Shown piece by piece: positions 36,838-46,345 of a DNA stretch of 64,000 nt. The notes below the pieces were generated by a model. It saw only the letters and a program-made list of their open reading frames with translations. It ran no database searches and was not told the origin of the DNA. The stretch spans positions 992,001 to 1,056,000 of the forward strand of contig CAXXDV010000003.1 in the NCBI GenBank assembly GCA_963674745.2, written 5' to 3'. Both the position numbers and the translations under genes were made by a program. Position 1 is the stretch's first letter, and each line of letters starts with the position of its first letter. Origin of the DNA: Desulfosudaceae bacterium (GTDB lineage: Bacteria > Desulfobacterota > Desulfobacteria > Desulfobacterales > Desulfosudaceae).

Positions 36838-38562
36838 ATGCAAAAGTCAGTCGTAAATAATAAACCCAACGGGGATGAAAAATTCAACCGGATTCGGCGT
36901 ACGATTCTGGTCCGGGTTTTGCTGCTGCCGTTTATTATTCTGCTGATTATTTGTGGAACGCTGATCTATTACCTGGCCACAAATATTTATGATCATGTCG
37001 GAACGGAGCTGGTCATTGTCACCGAAGATCATCGGCGCCTGATAGAACAGTTTTTTGTCGAACGGGTCAGTGACCTTCAATTTATTGCTGCCTCTGTCAG
37101 CCTGTCGACGATTACCGATGATCATCGCCTTGACAGTTATTTGAAACGCCTGCGGTTAAAATCAGAGGCGTTTTCAGACCTGGGGGTGTTTGATGTAGAG
37201 GGCAATCACCTGGCCTATGTCGGACCTTATGACCTGGCCGGACGTAATTATTCCGATACCGAATGGTTTCAAGCGACTCAACATCGACAGGTATATATAT
37301 CCGATGTGTTTCTTGGCTTCCGACAGACGCCGCATTTTATTGTGGTGGTTAAAAAACAGGAAGGTGCTGTTCCGTGGTACCTGCGGGCCACCATTGATAT
37401 GCGTTATTTCAACTCCCTGGTTGAAGATATCCGTATCGGTGAAAGTGGTGAAGCTTACCTGGTCAATCAGACCGGTATTTTTCAGACCAAAAGCCGATCC
37501 GGCGCCAGATTGATGGCTGATGATCCGGATTTTCATCTCTATCCCAAAGACAAGACCCGGGTGACTCCGTTCCTGGAAAGAGGGGCTTCGGGCAATCGAT
37601 ATTTTTATACAATCGGCTACTTGGAACCCACCGGCTGGCGACTGGTGATCCGCCAGAAAACCAGCGACGTGTTTTTTCCGCTGATCAAGGCCGTCATTAT
37701 CGCTTCCCTGCTGGTTCTGATCGGCGGTGCCCTGGTGGTTTTAATCGCCTTTTATCTGTCCACCAATGTTGCCAGTCGATTGACCCTGGCGGAAGCGGAA
37801 AAAAGAGAAATGGGCAGTCAGTTGATCATGGCCGGAAAACTGGCGGAAATAGGGGAGATGAGTGCCGGCATGGCCCATGAAATCAATAATCCGCTGCAGA
37901 TTATGGCCATGGAATTTACAATGATCAATGACGTGTTCGCTGATTATTCAGACGGCCGTCCGTTTGATGATACCGACCGGAAAACGATACTGGATTCCAT
38001 TGAGCAGATCGGATTGCAGATCAACCGATGCCGGGACATAACCCACGGCCTGTTAAAATTTTCCCGGAAATCCGAACTGCATTTACAGCCGATTAATATA
38101 CCAAGTCTGATAGAAGATTCCATTCAAATGGTTGTCCATCAGGCCCAGCTTCAGGGCGTTAATATTAATCGTCATATCGACCAGCATCTGCCTGTTGTTC
38201 ATAGTGACACGGAACAGCTTCGACAGGTGCTGGTTAACCTGCTGAATAACGCGATTTACGCCGTACAGGAGAAAAATGACGGAATGATTGATGTTTCCGT
38301 AAAAAATGCTGACGACAGTGTCAGGATTGAAGTCAGGGATAACGGCTGCGGCATCAATAGAGAAAACCTGGAAAAAATATTTATGCCGTTTTTTACCACT
38401 AAACCGGTGGGCAAGGGGACCGGTCTCGGCTTGAGTACCTGTTACGGCATTATCGAACGTCTGGGCGGAACATTGTCCGTCAAAAGCGAACCCGAAGAGG
38501 GATCTGCTTTTACATTGTCACTCCCTCTTTTATCCGGGGCCGATAAACAGGGGCGAAAGTAA
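36838..38562 (+). CDS. Cache-type sensor histidine kinase
   Basis: [26 protein letters not shown]. Confidence 0.93.
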   Translation: MQKSVVNNKPNGDEKFNRIRRTILVRVLLLPFIILLIICGTLIYYLATNIYDHVGTELVIVTEDHRRLIEQFFVERVSDLQFIAASVSLSTITDDHRLDSYLKRLRLKSEAFSDLGVFDVEGNHLAYVGPYDLAGRNYSDTEWFQATQHRQVYISDVFLGFRQTPHFIVVVKKQEGAVPWYLRATIDMRYFNSLVEDIRIGESGEAYLVNQTGIFQTKSRSGARLMADDPDFHLYPKDKTRVTPFLERGASGNRYFYTIGYLEPTGWRLVIRQKTSDVFFPLIKAVIIASLLVLIGGALVVLIAFYLSTNVASRLTLAEAEKREMGSQLIMAGKLAEIGEMSAGMAHEINNPLQIMAMEFTMINDVFADYSDGRPFDDTDRKTILDSIEQIGLQINRCRDITHGLLKFSRKSELHLQPINIPSLIEDSIQMVVHQAQLQGVNINRHIDQHLPVVHSDTEQLRQVLVNLLNNAIYAVQEKNDGMIDVSVKNADDSVRIEVRDNGCGINRENLEKIFMPFFTTKPVGKGTGLGLSTCYGIIERLGGTLSVKSEPEEGSAFTLSLPLLSGADKQGRK

Positions 38563-38609
38563 TTAGTATTGAAAATAATTATATAAAATTTCTGATAAGG
38601 AGACGCCTT

Positions 38610-39071
38610 ATGAAAAATCTTCAATTGCTTCTTGTGGATGACGAAGAACGCTTTCTGTCAACCACAAAATTACTGCTGGAAAAGCGGGGTGTTATAACGC
38701 ATACGGCTTCCGGCGGCCGTGAGGCCCTGCGGATACTGGAAGAAAAGCGTGTAGACGTGGTGGTTCTGGACGTCAAAATGCCCGACATGGACGGAATAGA
38801 AACGTTGCGTCTGATTAAACAGCGATATCCCCTGGTGGAAGTGGTCATGCTGACCGGTCATGCTTCCGTTGACTCGGCGGTTGATGGTATGCGGTTGGGC
38901 GCTTTCGACTATCTTATGAAGCCCTGTGATATTGCCGATATGCTCAAAAAAATTCAGGAAGCGTTTATTAAAAAACAGGTCACGGAAGAGAAAATTCAGA
39001 AACTAAAAGTTGAACGAATTATCAGTCATCCCATGGCGGTCTTTGATAAAGAAGGGAAAAATGAGGATTGA
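38610..39071 (+). CDS. Single-domain response regulator
   Basis: LLVDDE, LDVKMP, LTGHA, YLMKPC. Confidence 0.93.
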   Translation: MKNLQLLLVDDEERFLSTTKLLLEKRGVITHTASGGREALRILEEKRVDVVVLDVKMPDMDGIETLRLIKQRYPLVEVVMLTGHASVDSAVDGMRLGAFDYLMKPCDIADMLKKIQEAFIKKQVTEEKIQKLKVERIISHPMAVFDKEGKNED

Positions 39072-39167
39072 GCCTGTACAACTGAGTGCTCATCGATGTG
39101 GTTTAGTCATCATCCGCGGCGGGATTTTTGAAAATAACTTATTGAATTGAGATGTTGAGGAGGCACG

Positions 39168-41024
39168 ATGGCTGCACGAAAAGAAAAAAAGAAAGCAACT
39201 GGTTATGATAAATATATCGACTGGAAAATATTTATTGTTCCCGTTGTGCTGTGCGCACTGGTACTGATGCTCCCGGCAAGTCGGGGCATGCGGGATGTGG
39301 GGGTGGAGTATCAGGTCGGTACGGATGCGGTAATTGAGTATATCACCCAGCAGTTGTTTCAGGCCGACAGCGAGTCCGCCGAACAATGGCAGCTTTTGAC
39401 GGCCCGTATTATGGAAAAAAACATGCGCATGGGCGCACTGAGCGAGGACCGTTTTTTAAAGCGTAATTTAAAATGGTGCAGCAAGTATGATATCCCGGTT
39501 ACAAAAACCCATCTTGAAATGTCTCAGAAGTTTATTAAGGAACAGATCAGTGCCGAAAATTTTCGAAACATCATGTCGGCGGCCATGGATTTACGGCTGA
39601 ATGGACTTCAATATGACCAGCTTGATGATACCGCCCGAAAGGCGGCTGATATCGGCGCCTGGCAGGTCAAGGTTTCCCTGGCCATGACCGTGTTCGTGGT
39701 GCTGTGCTTTTTGACTGAATGCATTCCGCTGCCCGGCGTAGCATTCTGTATCGGTCTGCTGCTGGTTTTCACGGGCGTTCTCAACCGTGAAGAGGTGACC
39801 ATGATGTACTGGAGTGACGCCTGCTGGTTTATTATGGGCAGCTTGATGTTCGCCGTGGCTTTTGTGAAAACCGGCGTGGACAAACGCGTCTGCTTGATGA
39901 TGTTCAAAAAACTGGCCACGCCAAATGTCAAATGGGTGACGCTGATTATTTTTATTATCATTTCTCCATTGGCGGCTTTTATTTCCGATCATGCCCTGGC
40001 GGCCATATTTTTGCCCATCGGTATCCTGCTTTATCAGAACAGCCTGACCAAGGATACACCCCAGGACACGGAACTGGCCAAAATGCTGATGATCACCATT
40101 GCCATGGCCTGCAATATCGGCGGTCCGGGAGCCCCTTCCGGCGGTGCCCGTAATGTTATCATGATGACCTATCTGAACGATATGTTCGGACTGGACATCG
40201 GATATTTCCAATGGGTATCGTATTGTTTCCCCTATCTCATGATTATGATCCCGCTTACCTGGATAATTGTAAATCTGCGGTTCAAGCCTAAAATCAAAAG
40301 CCTTGGCCCGGCCATGGAGCACCTTAAATCCGAAATTAACCGCATGGGGAAATGGAACAAACAACAGATCGTGGCCTTGATTATTTTTGCCGTTATGGTC
40401 TTCGGCTGGTTTACGGAAAAAACGTTTTACGATATGGGCATCCTGCCTGTCCGGCTGGGTATCGGCGTGCTGGCCGTGGCTGGTGCCGTAGCCTATCTTA
40501 TGGCCGGTATCGTTAACTGGCGGGATTACCAGGAAAAGGTTGATTGGGGTGTCGTCTGGCTCTATGCAGGCGCCATTATTTTTGGCCGGGTCCTGGATCA
40601 GACCGGCGCCGCTTACTGGCTGGCCAGAACGGTTCTGGAACTGGTTGCGCCGCTGGGTCTTGACTCGGGACTGCCGTTGATGGCGGTTTCCAACGGGCTG
40701 ACGTCCGTTTTGACCAATCTTATGGCCGACGGTCCGGCAGCCGCCTCGGTGGGGCCCATCGCGCTGAACATGGCCGGCCTGGCGCATCCGGGCACGACTT
40801 ATCTGCCGTTTATCGCCATGTCCACGGCCATTGCCTCGTCTTTTGCCTACTGCCTGATTATCGGCACGCCGCCCAACGCGATTGTCTATGCCAGTGGTTA
40901 CCTGGAGCCCAAGGATTATCTGCGGGTGGGTATTCCCATGTGGTTTATCGCCAATATCCTCCTGCTGGTATTGTCGGGTGTTTATTGGGCGTTGAGAGGC
41001 TTCGGTGATCTGCCGATGTTTTAA
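39168..41024 (+). CDS. SLC13/DASS permease with large N-terminal extracytoplasmic insert
   Basis: LTECIPLPG, GGPGAPSGGARN, VDWGVVWLYAG, GTPPNAIVYASG. Confidence 0.92.
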   Translation: MAARKEKKKATGYDKYIDWKIFIVPVVLCALVLMLPASRGMRDVGVEYQVGTDAVIEYITQQLFQADSESAEQWQLLTARIMEKNMRMGALSEDRFLKRNLKWCSKYDIPVTKTHLEMSQKFIKEQISAENFRNIMSAAMDLRLNGLQYDQLDDTARKAADIGAWQVKVSLAMTVFVVLCFLTECIPLPGVAFCIGLLLVFTGVLNREEVTMMYWSDACWFIMGSLMFAVAFVKTGVDKRVCLMMFKKLATPNVKWVTLIIFIIISPLAAFISDHALAAIFLPIGILLYQNSLTKDTPQDTELAKMLMITIAMACNIGGPGAPSGGARNVIMMTYLNDMFGLDIGYFQWVSYCFPYLMIMIPLTWIIVNLRFKPKIKSLGPAMEHLKSEINRMGKWNKQQIVALIIFAVMVFGWFTEKTFYDMGILPVRLGIGVLAVAGAVAYLMAGIVNWRDYQEKVDWGVVWLYAGAIIFGRVLDQTGAAYWLARTVLELVAPLGLDSGLPLMAVSNGLTSVLTNLMADGPAAASVGPIALNMAGLAHPGTTYLPFIAMSTAIASSFAYCLIIGTPPNAIVYASGYLEPKDYLRVGIPMWFIANILLLVLSGVYWALRGFGDLPMF

Positions 41025-41078
41025 CCAGACAAGACAATGGCCCTAATGCGTTTCCAGTTCAACACAAAGGAGTCGGTT

Positions 41079-41210
41079 ATGAGAAAATCAAAAGAAAAAA
41101 TTTGTAAATACCAGGACGGCAGACTTTATTTTACGACCGGTGCTGAAAGAAAGGTGATGTTTATCCTGACCGTTGCCATGCTGATTGCCGGCATAATGGT
41201 TAAATTTTAA
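41079..41210 (+). CDS. 43-aa small membrane protein (not in ORF track)
   Basis: AAGGAG RBS; MRKSKEKICKYQDGRLYFTTGAERKVMFILTVAMLIAGIMVKF; fills the operon gap. Confidence 0.7.
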   Translation: MRKSKEKICKYQDGRLYFTTGAERKVMFILTVAMLIAGIMVKF

Positions 41211-41226
41211 CAGGAAGGACCCGGCC

Positions 41227-41754
41227 ATGATGACAGCGACCCGAATTCATTTCCCGTTGGCCGTTTATGTTCGGATCGTTACCCGTATGTTCACCGGACC
41301 CGGTGCGCTTTACGGGGAACTTGAAACAACCGGACCGGAAATCCGTGAGGCGTTTACCTTTTTGATATTCGCTTCGCTGATTTCTGCGGGTGCGGGCATA
41401 TTGGTGCATCGCCCTCCCGAGTTCATGGCCGTGTTCGGTATTCTGTTCGCCAATGCTGTGGGGATGTGCTTTTTCGCGGTCATGGTGGGTTACATCATCA
41501 TGATCATGGGATTCGGCAGGAAGTCGTCTTTTTTGAAGCTGTTCAGGATATATGCTTTAGCCTCGGGCACGACCCTGTTGCTGTCATGGATTCCGTTTTC
41601 CCTCATGTTTACAGAACTCTGGAAGTGGTGGTTGATTTTCGTCGGACTGACCAGGGGGGGCGTGTTTAATAAAAAAGAGGGCGCGCTGGTATTGATCCTG
41701 TCTATTGCCGTCATCGTTCTCTTTTTCCGGTCGCTTCTGGCGGTATTGGCATAA
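41227..41754 (+). CDS. Yip1-like multi-TM membrane protein
   Basis: About 5 hydrophobic segments in Yip1-like arrangement. Confidence 0.7.
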   Translation: MMTATRIHFPLAVYVRIVTRMFTGPGALYGELETTGPEIREAFTFLIFASLISAGAGILVHRPPEFMAVFGILFANAVGMCFFAVMVGYIIMIMGFGRKSSFLKLFRIYALASGTTLLLSWIPFSLMFTELWKWWLIFVGLTRGGVFNKKEGALVLILSIAVIVLFFRSLLAVLA

Positions 41755-41805
41755 TCAGGTGTCTGATATTGAAAATGACAAACATAAATTGAAGGAATAA
41801 AAGCA

Positions 41806-42723
41806 ATGGAAAGAAAAATCAAGGTGTTGATGGTTGATGATGAGGACCAGTTCCGGGCTACCACGGAAAAACTGCTGACCCGACGCGGATTTGAGATGAT
41901 TATGGCTGATAACGGCAGATCGGCCATTGATAAAATCAGTCAAAATCCGGATGTGGTCATTCTGGATATCAAGATGCCTGACATGGATGGCCACCAGACG
42001 CTGCGGGAGATCAAAAAGATCAAGCCCGATCTGCCGGTGATTATGCTGACCGGCCATGGTGAAATCAATTCCGCGTTACAGGCCCGTCACGAAGGCGCCC
42101 TGGATTATCTTTCCAAGCCCTGTGATATTAATTTGCTGGTTGGGAAAATCAGGGAAGCCTTTCAGCGGGCAATGAGTGGCGCTGAAGGGAAAGAAAAATT
42201 GATCTCGGATATCATGATTCCGATCGACGAGTACACGCTTTTAAGCCAGAACAGTTCGGTGATGGACGCCATCATGAAACTGCAGGAATCATTTAATATG
42301 AAGATGGCTACTTCGCGGCTTATGGAAACCGGTCACCGTTCCATCCTGGTCGTTGATGACCAGAAACGGGCCCAGGGGATCCTGGCGATTACCGACCTGC
42401 TCCAAACGATGCTGCCGGCTTACCTGAGTGCTCCCCGACCGTCTCTGGCCGACAGCATTCAGTATTCGCCTATTTTTTGGAACGGCATGTTCACGACCGA
42501 AGTCCGGGAAAAAGCCTCCACCCTTATCAGCGAGATCATGTCACCGGTGCCTGTTTCCATCGATGGTGAAGCTTCGTTAATGGAAGCCGCTTATATGATG
42601 ATTCATCATCATGCCAGGCGTTTGCTGGTTGTTATAGATGACGCCGTAGTGGGCCTTGTTCGGGAGCAGGACTTGTTTTTTGAAATGGCCAGGATCCTGG
42701 ACCAGGAAGAGGTAAATCCATGA
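41806..42723 (+). CDS. Response regulator with CBS-pair output
   Basis: REC motifs then CBS repeats similar to 26214-26774. Confidence 0.9.
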   Translation: MERKIKVLMVDDEDQFRATTEKLLTRRGFEMIMADNGRSAIDKISQNPDVVILDIKMPDMDGHQTLREIKKIKPDLPVIMLTGHGEINSALQARHEGALDYLSKPCDINLLVGKIREAFQRAMSGAEGKEKLISDIMIPIDEYTLLSQNSSVMDAIMKLQESFNMKMATSRLMETGHRSILVVDDQKRAQGILAITDLLQTMLPAYLSAPRPSLADSIQYSPIFWNGMFTTEVREKASTLISEIMSPVPVSIDGEASLMEAAYMMIHHHARRLLVVIDDAVVGLVREQDLFFEMARILDQEEVNP

Positions 42724-43679
42724 ACTTGTCCTTGTTTGAGCTGCCAAAAACCTACAAATTTCTTGTTATGGCCGTTTTGATCTTTATGTCCGCCTATCTG
42801 GCCTATTATTACCACCGGGTGCTGGGTACCGGGACGGTGTTTACACACTTTTATTACCTGCCGATTGTACTGGCCTGTATCTGGTGGAAGAAAAGAGGAC
42901 TGATGGTGATTGCGTTGCTTTCCCTGGTCCTTCTGGGAAGTGACCACATTTTTCGGGGTAGTGAAGGCTATGCCAACAATTTCATGCGCATTCTGATATT
43001 TTTCCTGGTTGCCTTTGTAAGCATACTGCTCAGCGAGGGTATTGAAAAAGCACAGGAAAGAGCCAATGAAAACAAACTCTGGTATCAGACCATTTTTTAT
43101 AATGCCGGCACCGCTATAGCGATTCTGGAAAAAGACGCTGAAATTGATTTGGTCAACGTGGAGTTTGAAAAATTGACCGAATATTCAATGGAAGAACTGG
43201 GGACGAACAGAAGCCTGTTCACCATGTTGGCGGATAAACACATGCATAAAGCAAGAAATTATTACTACTATGTCCGTAAAGAGAAATTTTACGGGGCCGG
43301 ATACCTGATGGTCAAATTGAATAACAAGACCGGCGGTGTCAAAGATATCCGGCTGACATTTACACTGATCCCGGGCACGAATAAAATCGTAGCCACCATG
43401 GTTGATGTCACCCAGTTAAAGAAAGCCATAGAAGAACAACGGCGCTTGAAGTCCGAACTTTCAGAAACACTGACCAAGGTGCTCAGCGGATATCTGCCGA
43501 TATGTTCCAGATGTAAGAAAATTCGTGAGGATTCCGGTAAATGGCGCCCTGTGGAATCTTATATCCAGGATCGTACGGATGCGGACTTTACCCATACCGT
43601 TTGTCCTGAATGTGCCAAAATCCTTTATCCGGAACTGATTAATGATCTGGATGATGAGGGGCGGGATTTAATCGTTTAA
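42720..43679 (+). CDS. Membrane sensor: TM domain + PAS + C-terminal CxxC..HxxCxxC domain
   Basis: HFYYLPI TM motif, PAS-like IFYNAGTAI..VNVEFEKLTEYS, LPICSRCKKIR..FTHTVCPEC. Confidence 0.8.
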   Translation: MNLSLFELPKTYKFLVMAVLIFMSAYLAYYYHRVLGTGTVFTHFYYLPIVLACIWWKKRGLMVIALLSLVLLGSDHIFRGSEGYANNFMRILIFFLVAFVSILLSEGIEKAQERANENKLWYQTIFYNAGTAIAILEKDAEIDLVNVEFEKLTEYSMEELGTNRSLFTMLADKHMHKARNYYYYVRKEKFYGAGYLMVKLNNKTGGVKDIRLTFTLIPGTNKIVATMVDVTQLKKAIEEQRRLKSELSETLTKVLSGYLPICSRCKKIREDSGKWRPVESYIQDRTDADFTHTVCPECAKILYPELINDLDDEGRDLIV

Positions 43680-43725
43680 ACCAATTCCCCGGTGATGCTG
43701 TGAACTTTTACAGTTTGAGTGGTCA

Positions 43726-44118
43726 ATGGATATTGTTATTGATACGTCAGCGTTGATCGCGGTGATTGTGGGCAAGCCCGAACGTAAAAAAATAATCAAT
43801 GTGACAAAAGGGCGCACTTTGATCGGGCCTGGTTCGCTTCCCTGGGAGATTGGTAATGCTTTTTCGGCCATGTTCAAACAGGACCGACTATCCCTTGAGG
43901 AAGCCAAAAAAGGGCTGTCGATTTTTAACAGTATCCCCCTGAGGTTGATTGAGCCGGATTTTGCCATGGTGCTGGAGTTATTAAAACAGTCTGATATTTG
44001 TGCCTATGACGCCTACTTTTTTGATTGCGCTTTAAGATACAAATCACCATTGTTGACGCTTGATCAGCGTTTAAATGCAATCGCCGGGCATTTAAATATT
44101 GAAACCGTGGAGGTTTAA
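43726..44118 (+). CDS. PIN-domain (VapC-like) toxin
   Basis: IVIDTSALI, EIGNA, AYDAY, LLTLD. Confidence 0.9.
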   Translation: MDIVIDTSALIAVIVGKPERKKIINVTKGRTLIGPGSLPWEIGNAFSAMFKQDRLSLEEAKKGLSIFNSIPLRLIEPDFAMVLELLKQSDICAYDAYFFDCALRYKSPLLTLDQRLNAIAGHLNIETVEV

Positions 44119-44120
44119 AA

Positions 44121-44339
44121 ATGCAGGTTTACACATACTCTAAAGCCCGACAGAAACTGGCGCATCTTCTTGATCTGGCCGAAAAAAACGGGAAAGTCAT
44201 CATCCGACGAAAAGATGGTAGAACGTTTTCCATGGTTCCTGAAAGAATTTCATTTTCACCTTTAGATGTTCCAATGGTTAAAGCCGTAATAACCACGCAG
44301 GAGATCGTTGAGATTGTCAGGGAAGGGCGGCAGCGATAG
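44121..44339 (+). CDS. Phd/YefM-like antitoxin, downstream of the toxin
   Basis: YTYSKARQKLAHLLDLA..VIIRRKDG. Confidence 0.85.
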   Translation: MQVYTYSKARQKLAHLLDLAEKNGKVIIRRKDGRTFSMVPERISFSPLDVPMVKAVITTQEIVEIVREGRQR

Positions 44340-44344
44340 CGCAG

Positions 44345-44376
44345 GGGCCAAGGATTCCAGGGGTCGAGGGTTCAAG
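44345..44376. repeat. Four degenerate octamers (ggttcaag family)
   Basis: gggccaag gattccag gggtcgag ggttcaag. Confidence 0.8.
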
Positions 44377-44409
44377 GGCCTTTAGAACTTATTTATAGAC
44401 CCCGTTCTT

Positions 44410-45267
44410 TCATGCAATTACCTGATGAATAATGTTGTTTTTGCCGTTTTCCTTGGCCTGGTACATCAGGTTGTCGGCCGCTTTCAGCATGTCCTCAATG
44501 GAATCCGGTGCCGTTTTGTAGGTGACCACTCCCGAGCTGAAAGTCACCGGCCAGTTGTTTGCCTGCATGGTCGACGTCAGCTTATCACCCAGTTTCCGAA
44601 CAATCCTATGGGCATTTATCTCGTCTGCACCGGAGAACAGTATGCAGAATTCATCACCACCAAATCTGGAAGCCATGTCAATTGCCCGGATATTTCCAAG
44701 AAGCGTTTGGGCCAGTTCCGTAAGCAGCCGATCACCGGCTTGATGGCCGTAACGGTCGTTGACAGATTTAAAATTGTCCACATCCATGCAAAGTATTGTC
44801 AGCGGCAGGCTGAATCTTCCCGCTCGTTTTAACTCCACTTCGGCAAATTCCATAAACGCCCGCCGATTGGCCAGACCGGTAAGGGCATCCGTTCTGGCCA
44901 GTTTCTGCTGCATGTTCAGGGTCTGTCTCAATTCCCATATCAGGAAAACAAAAGCCAGAAAAACGACCAGTCGGAACGTTTCATTGATAAAGGGAACCCG
45001 GGGAGACGAAAAGGTGTGAAGAAATTCGAGATCGGCCATCAGCCAGGCCAGAGCGCTGATCGTTGCGCATATGCACCCTGCTATCAGTCCCCAGACCCAG
45101 GTCATGACCAGGATAGGGAAGAAATAAAAAATGGAAAACGCATACTCCGGTCCGGTCCAGTAACGGATGTAACTGATCGCGCTGATCAGCAACAAGCTTA
45201 GGATAAGCACGCCCGCTTTAACGGAACCTGCCACATATCCCGCCAGGCGTCGGCTCATTGTATGCAT
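44410..45267 (-). CDS. Membrane-bound diguanylate cyclase
   Basis: DALTGLANRR, DVDNFK, RFGGDEF, RAID I-site; start placed at ATG 45267 behind GGAG. Confidence 0.92.
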   Translation of the reverse strand: MHTMSRRLAGYVAGSVKAGVLILSLLLISAISYIRYWTGPEYAFSIFYFFPILVMTWVWGLIAGCICATISALAWLMADLEFLHTFSSPRVPFINETFRLVVFLAFVFLIWELRQTLNMQQKLARTDALTGLANRRAFMEFAEVELKRAGRFSLPLTILCMDVDNFKSVNDRYGHQAGDRLLTELAQTLLGNIRAIDMASRFGGDEFCILFSGADEINAHRIVRKLGDKLTSTMQANNWPVTFSSGVVTYKTAPDSIEDMLKAADNLMYQAKENGKNNIIHQVIA

Positions 45268-45364
45268 TTTGCCATCTCCGGGATAAAAGCCGCGATCGGT
45301 ATTGGCCGGAAAGATATCCGTCCCGGATTTATTGTTTTTTCCCGGGACGGATGAACGACTTGTG

Positions 45365-46120
45365 CTATTTTTTGGCCGGCAATTCACCGAACTTCATTAC
45401 AAATGCCTGCCGGACCAGTTCGGCGGCGTCTTTGGCATCAGTGATATAATCCCGATTAATGACCATATCGAATTCACAGGGATGAGCGTCTTTTTTATTA
45501 AAGTTCTTTTTAAAAAAGACCTTCTGCATCTTGTCCTGCTCGTCCAGTTGCCGTGCCGCTTCTTTTTCGGCGACATTCAGAATTTTGGCTACCCGTTTGA
45601 TGCGGTGATCACGGGAGCTGATAAAACGAACTGCCAGGAGATCCTCACGTGGAAGGATCAGGTGCGTTGCCCGGCCCACAAATATTGTCGGGCCTGTTTC
45701 CGCGATTTTCAGGACAGAATCAACCAGGTAGCGCATGTAATCCCCCATGGTGAATGATTTGTCTCCGAACAGCATGGACGCCAGTTCACTCATATGACCC
45801 GGATAGCGCTCATCGAAACCATCGAGCGTCTCCGTCTGCAATAATTTTTCTCCGGCAATGTGCTCCATGATTTCCCGGTCAACGACTTTGTGCCCGGTTT
45901 TTTTTCCGAGTATATCGGCGATTTCAAGGGCACCCACACCAATTTTGCGGGAAAAACAGATATGATGCAGGCGATCCTTTTTGCCGGCCTTTTTTTTGGC
46001 CGCTAACTGTTTTTTCATTTCCCATTCCCGGAGGCATTGATCCACCATGGTAGCCGTGCTAGTCCGCTTTTTGGCGTACATGCCGGGAACGTATCGATTT
46101 TTTTGACGTGAATCAGCCAT
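45365..46120 (-). CDS. Cytidylate kinase-like family protein
   Basis: ICFSRKIGVGALEIA, VVDREI, IFVGRA, FDMVIN. Confidence 0.85.
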   Translation of the reverse strand: MADSRQKNRYVPGMYAKKRTSTATMVDQCLREWEMKKQLAAKKKAGKKDRLHHICFSRKIGVGALEIADILGKKTGHKVVDREIMEHIAGEKLLQTETLDGFDERYPGHMSELASMLFGDKSFTMGDYMRYLVDSVLKIAETGPTIFVGRATHLILPREDLLAVRFISSRDHRIKRVAKILNVAEKEAARQLDEQDKMQKVFFKKNFNKKDAHPCEFDMVINRDYITDAKDAAELVRQAFVMKFGELPAKK

Positions 46121-46189
46121 TTTTCTTTCTCCTTGTTGTTAGTTTCTGGTTATTGATAATCACAAATAATAAGTCCGTATCTGCAAATA

Positions 46190-46341
46190 GGTTCAAGGAT
46201 TCAAGGGGTCAAGGGGCCAGGTGTTTATTATTAAGTATTTTTTTAATATCTTTTGGCCTGTTTCAGTTACGGTTGCCGGCGATTAATTCTCCTTTATTTT
46301 TTGTGTTGTCTTGACCCCTCGACCCTTTGAATCCTTGAACC
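46190..46341. repeat. 152-bp MITE-like unit with 32-bp inverted ends built of octamers
   Basis: 46190-46221 is the near-exact reverse complement of 46310-46341. Confidence 0.75.
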
Positions 46342-46345
46342 CTTT

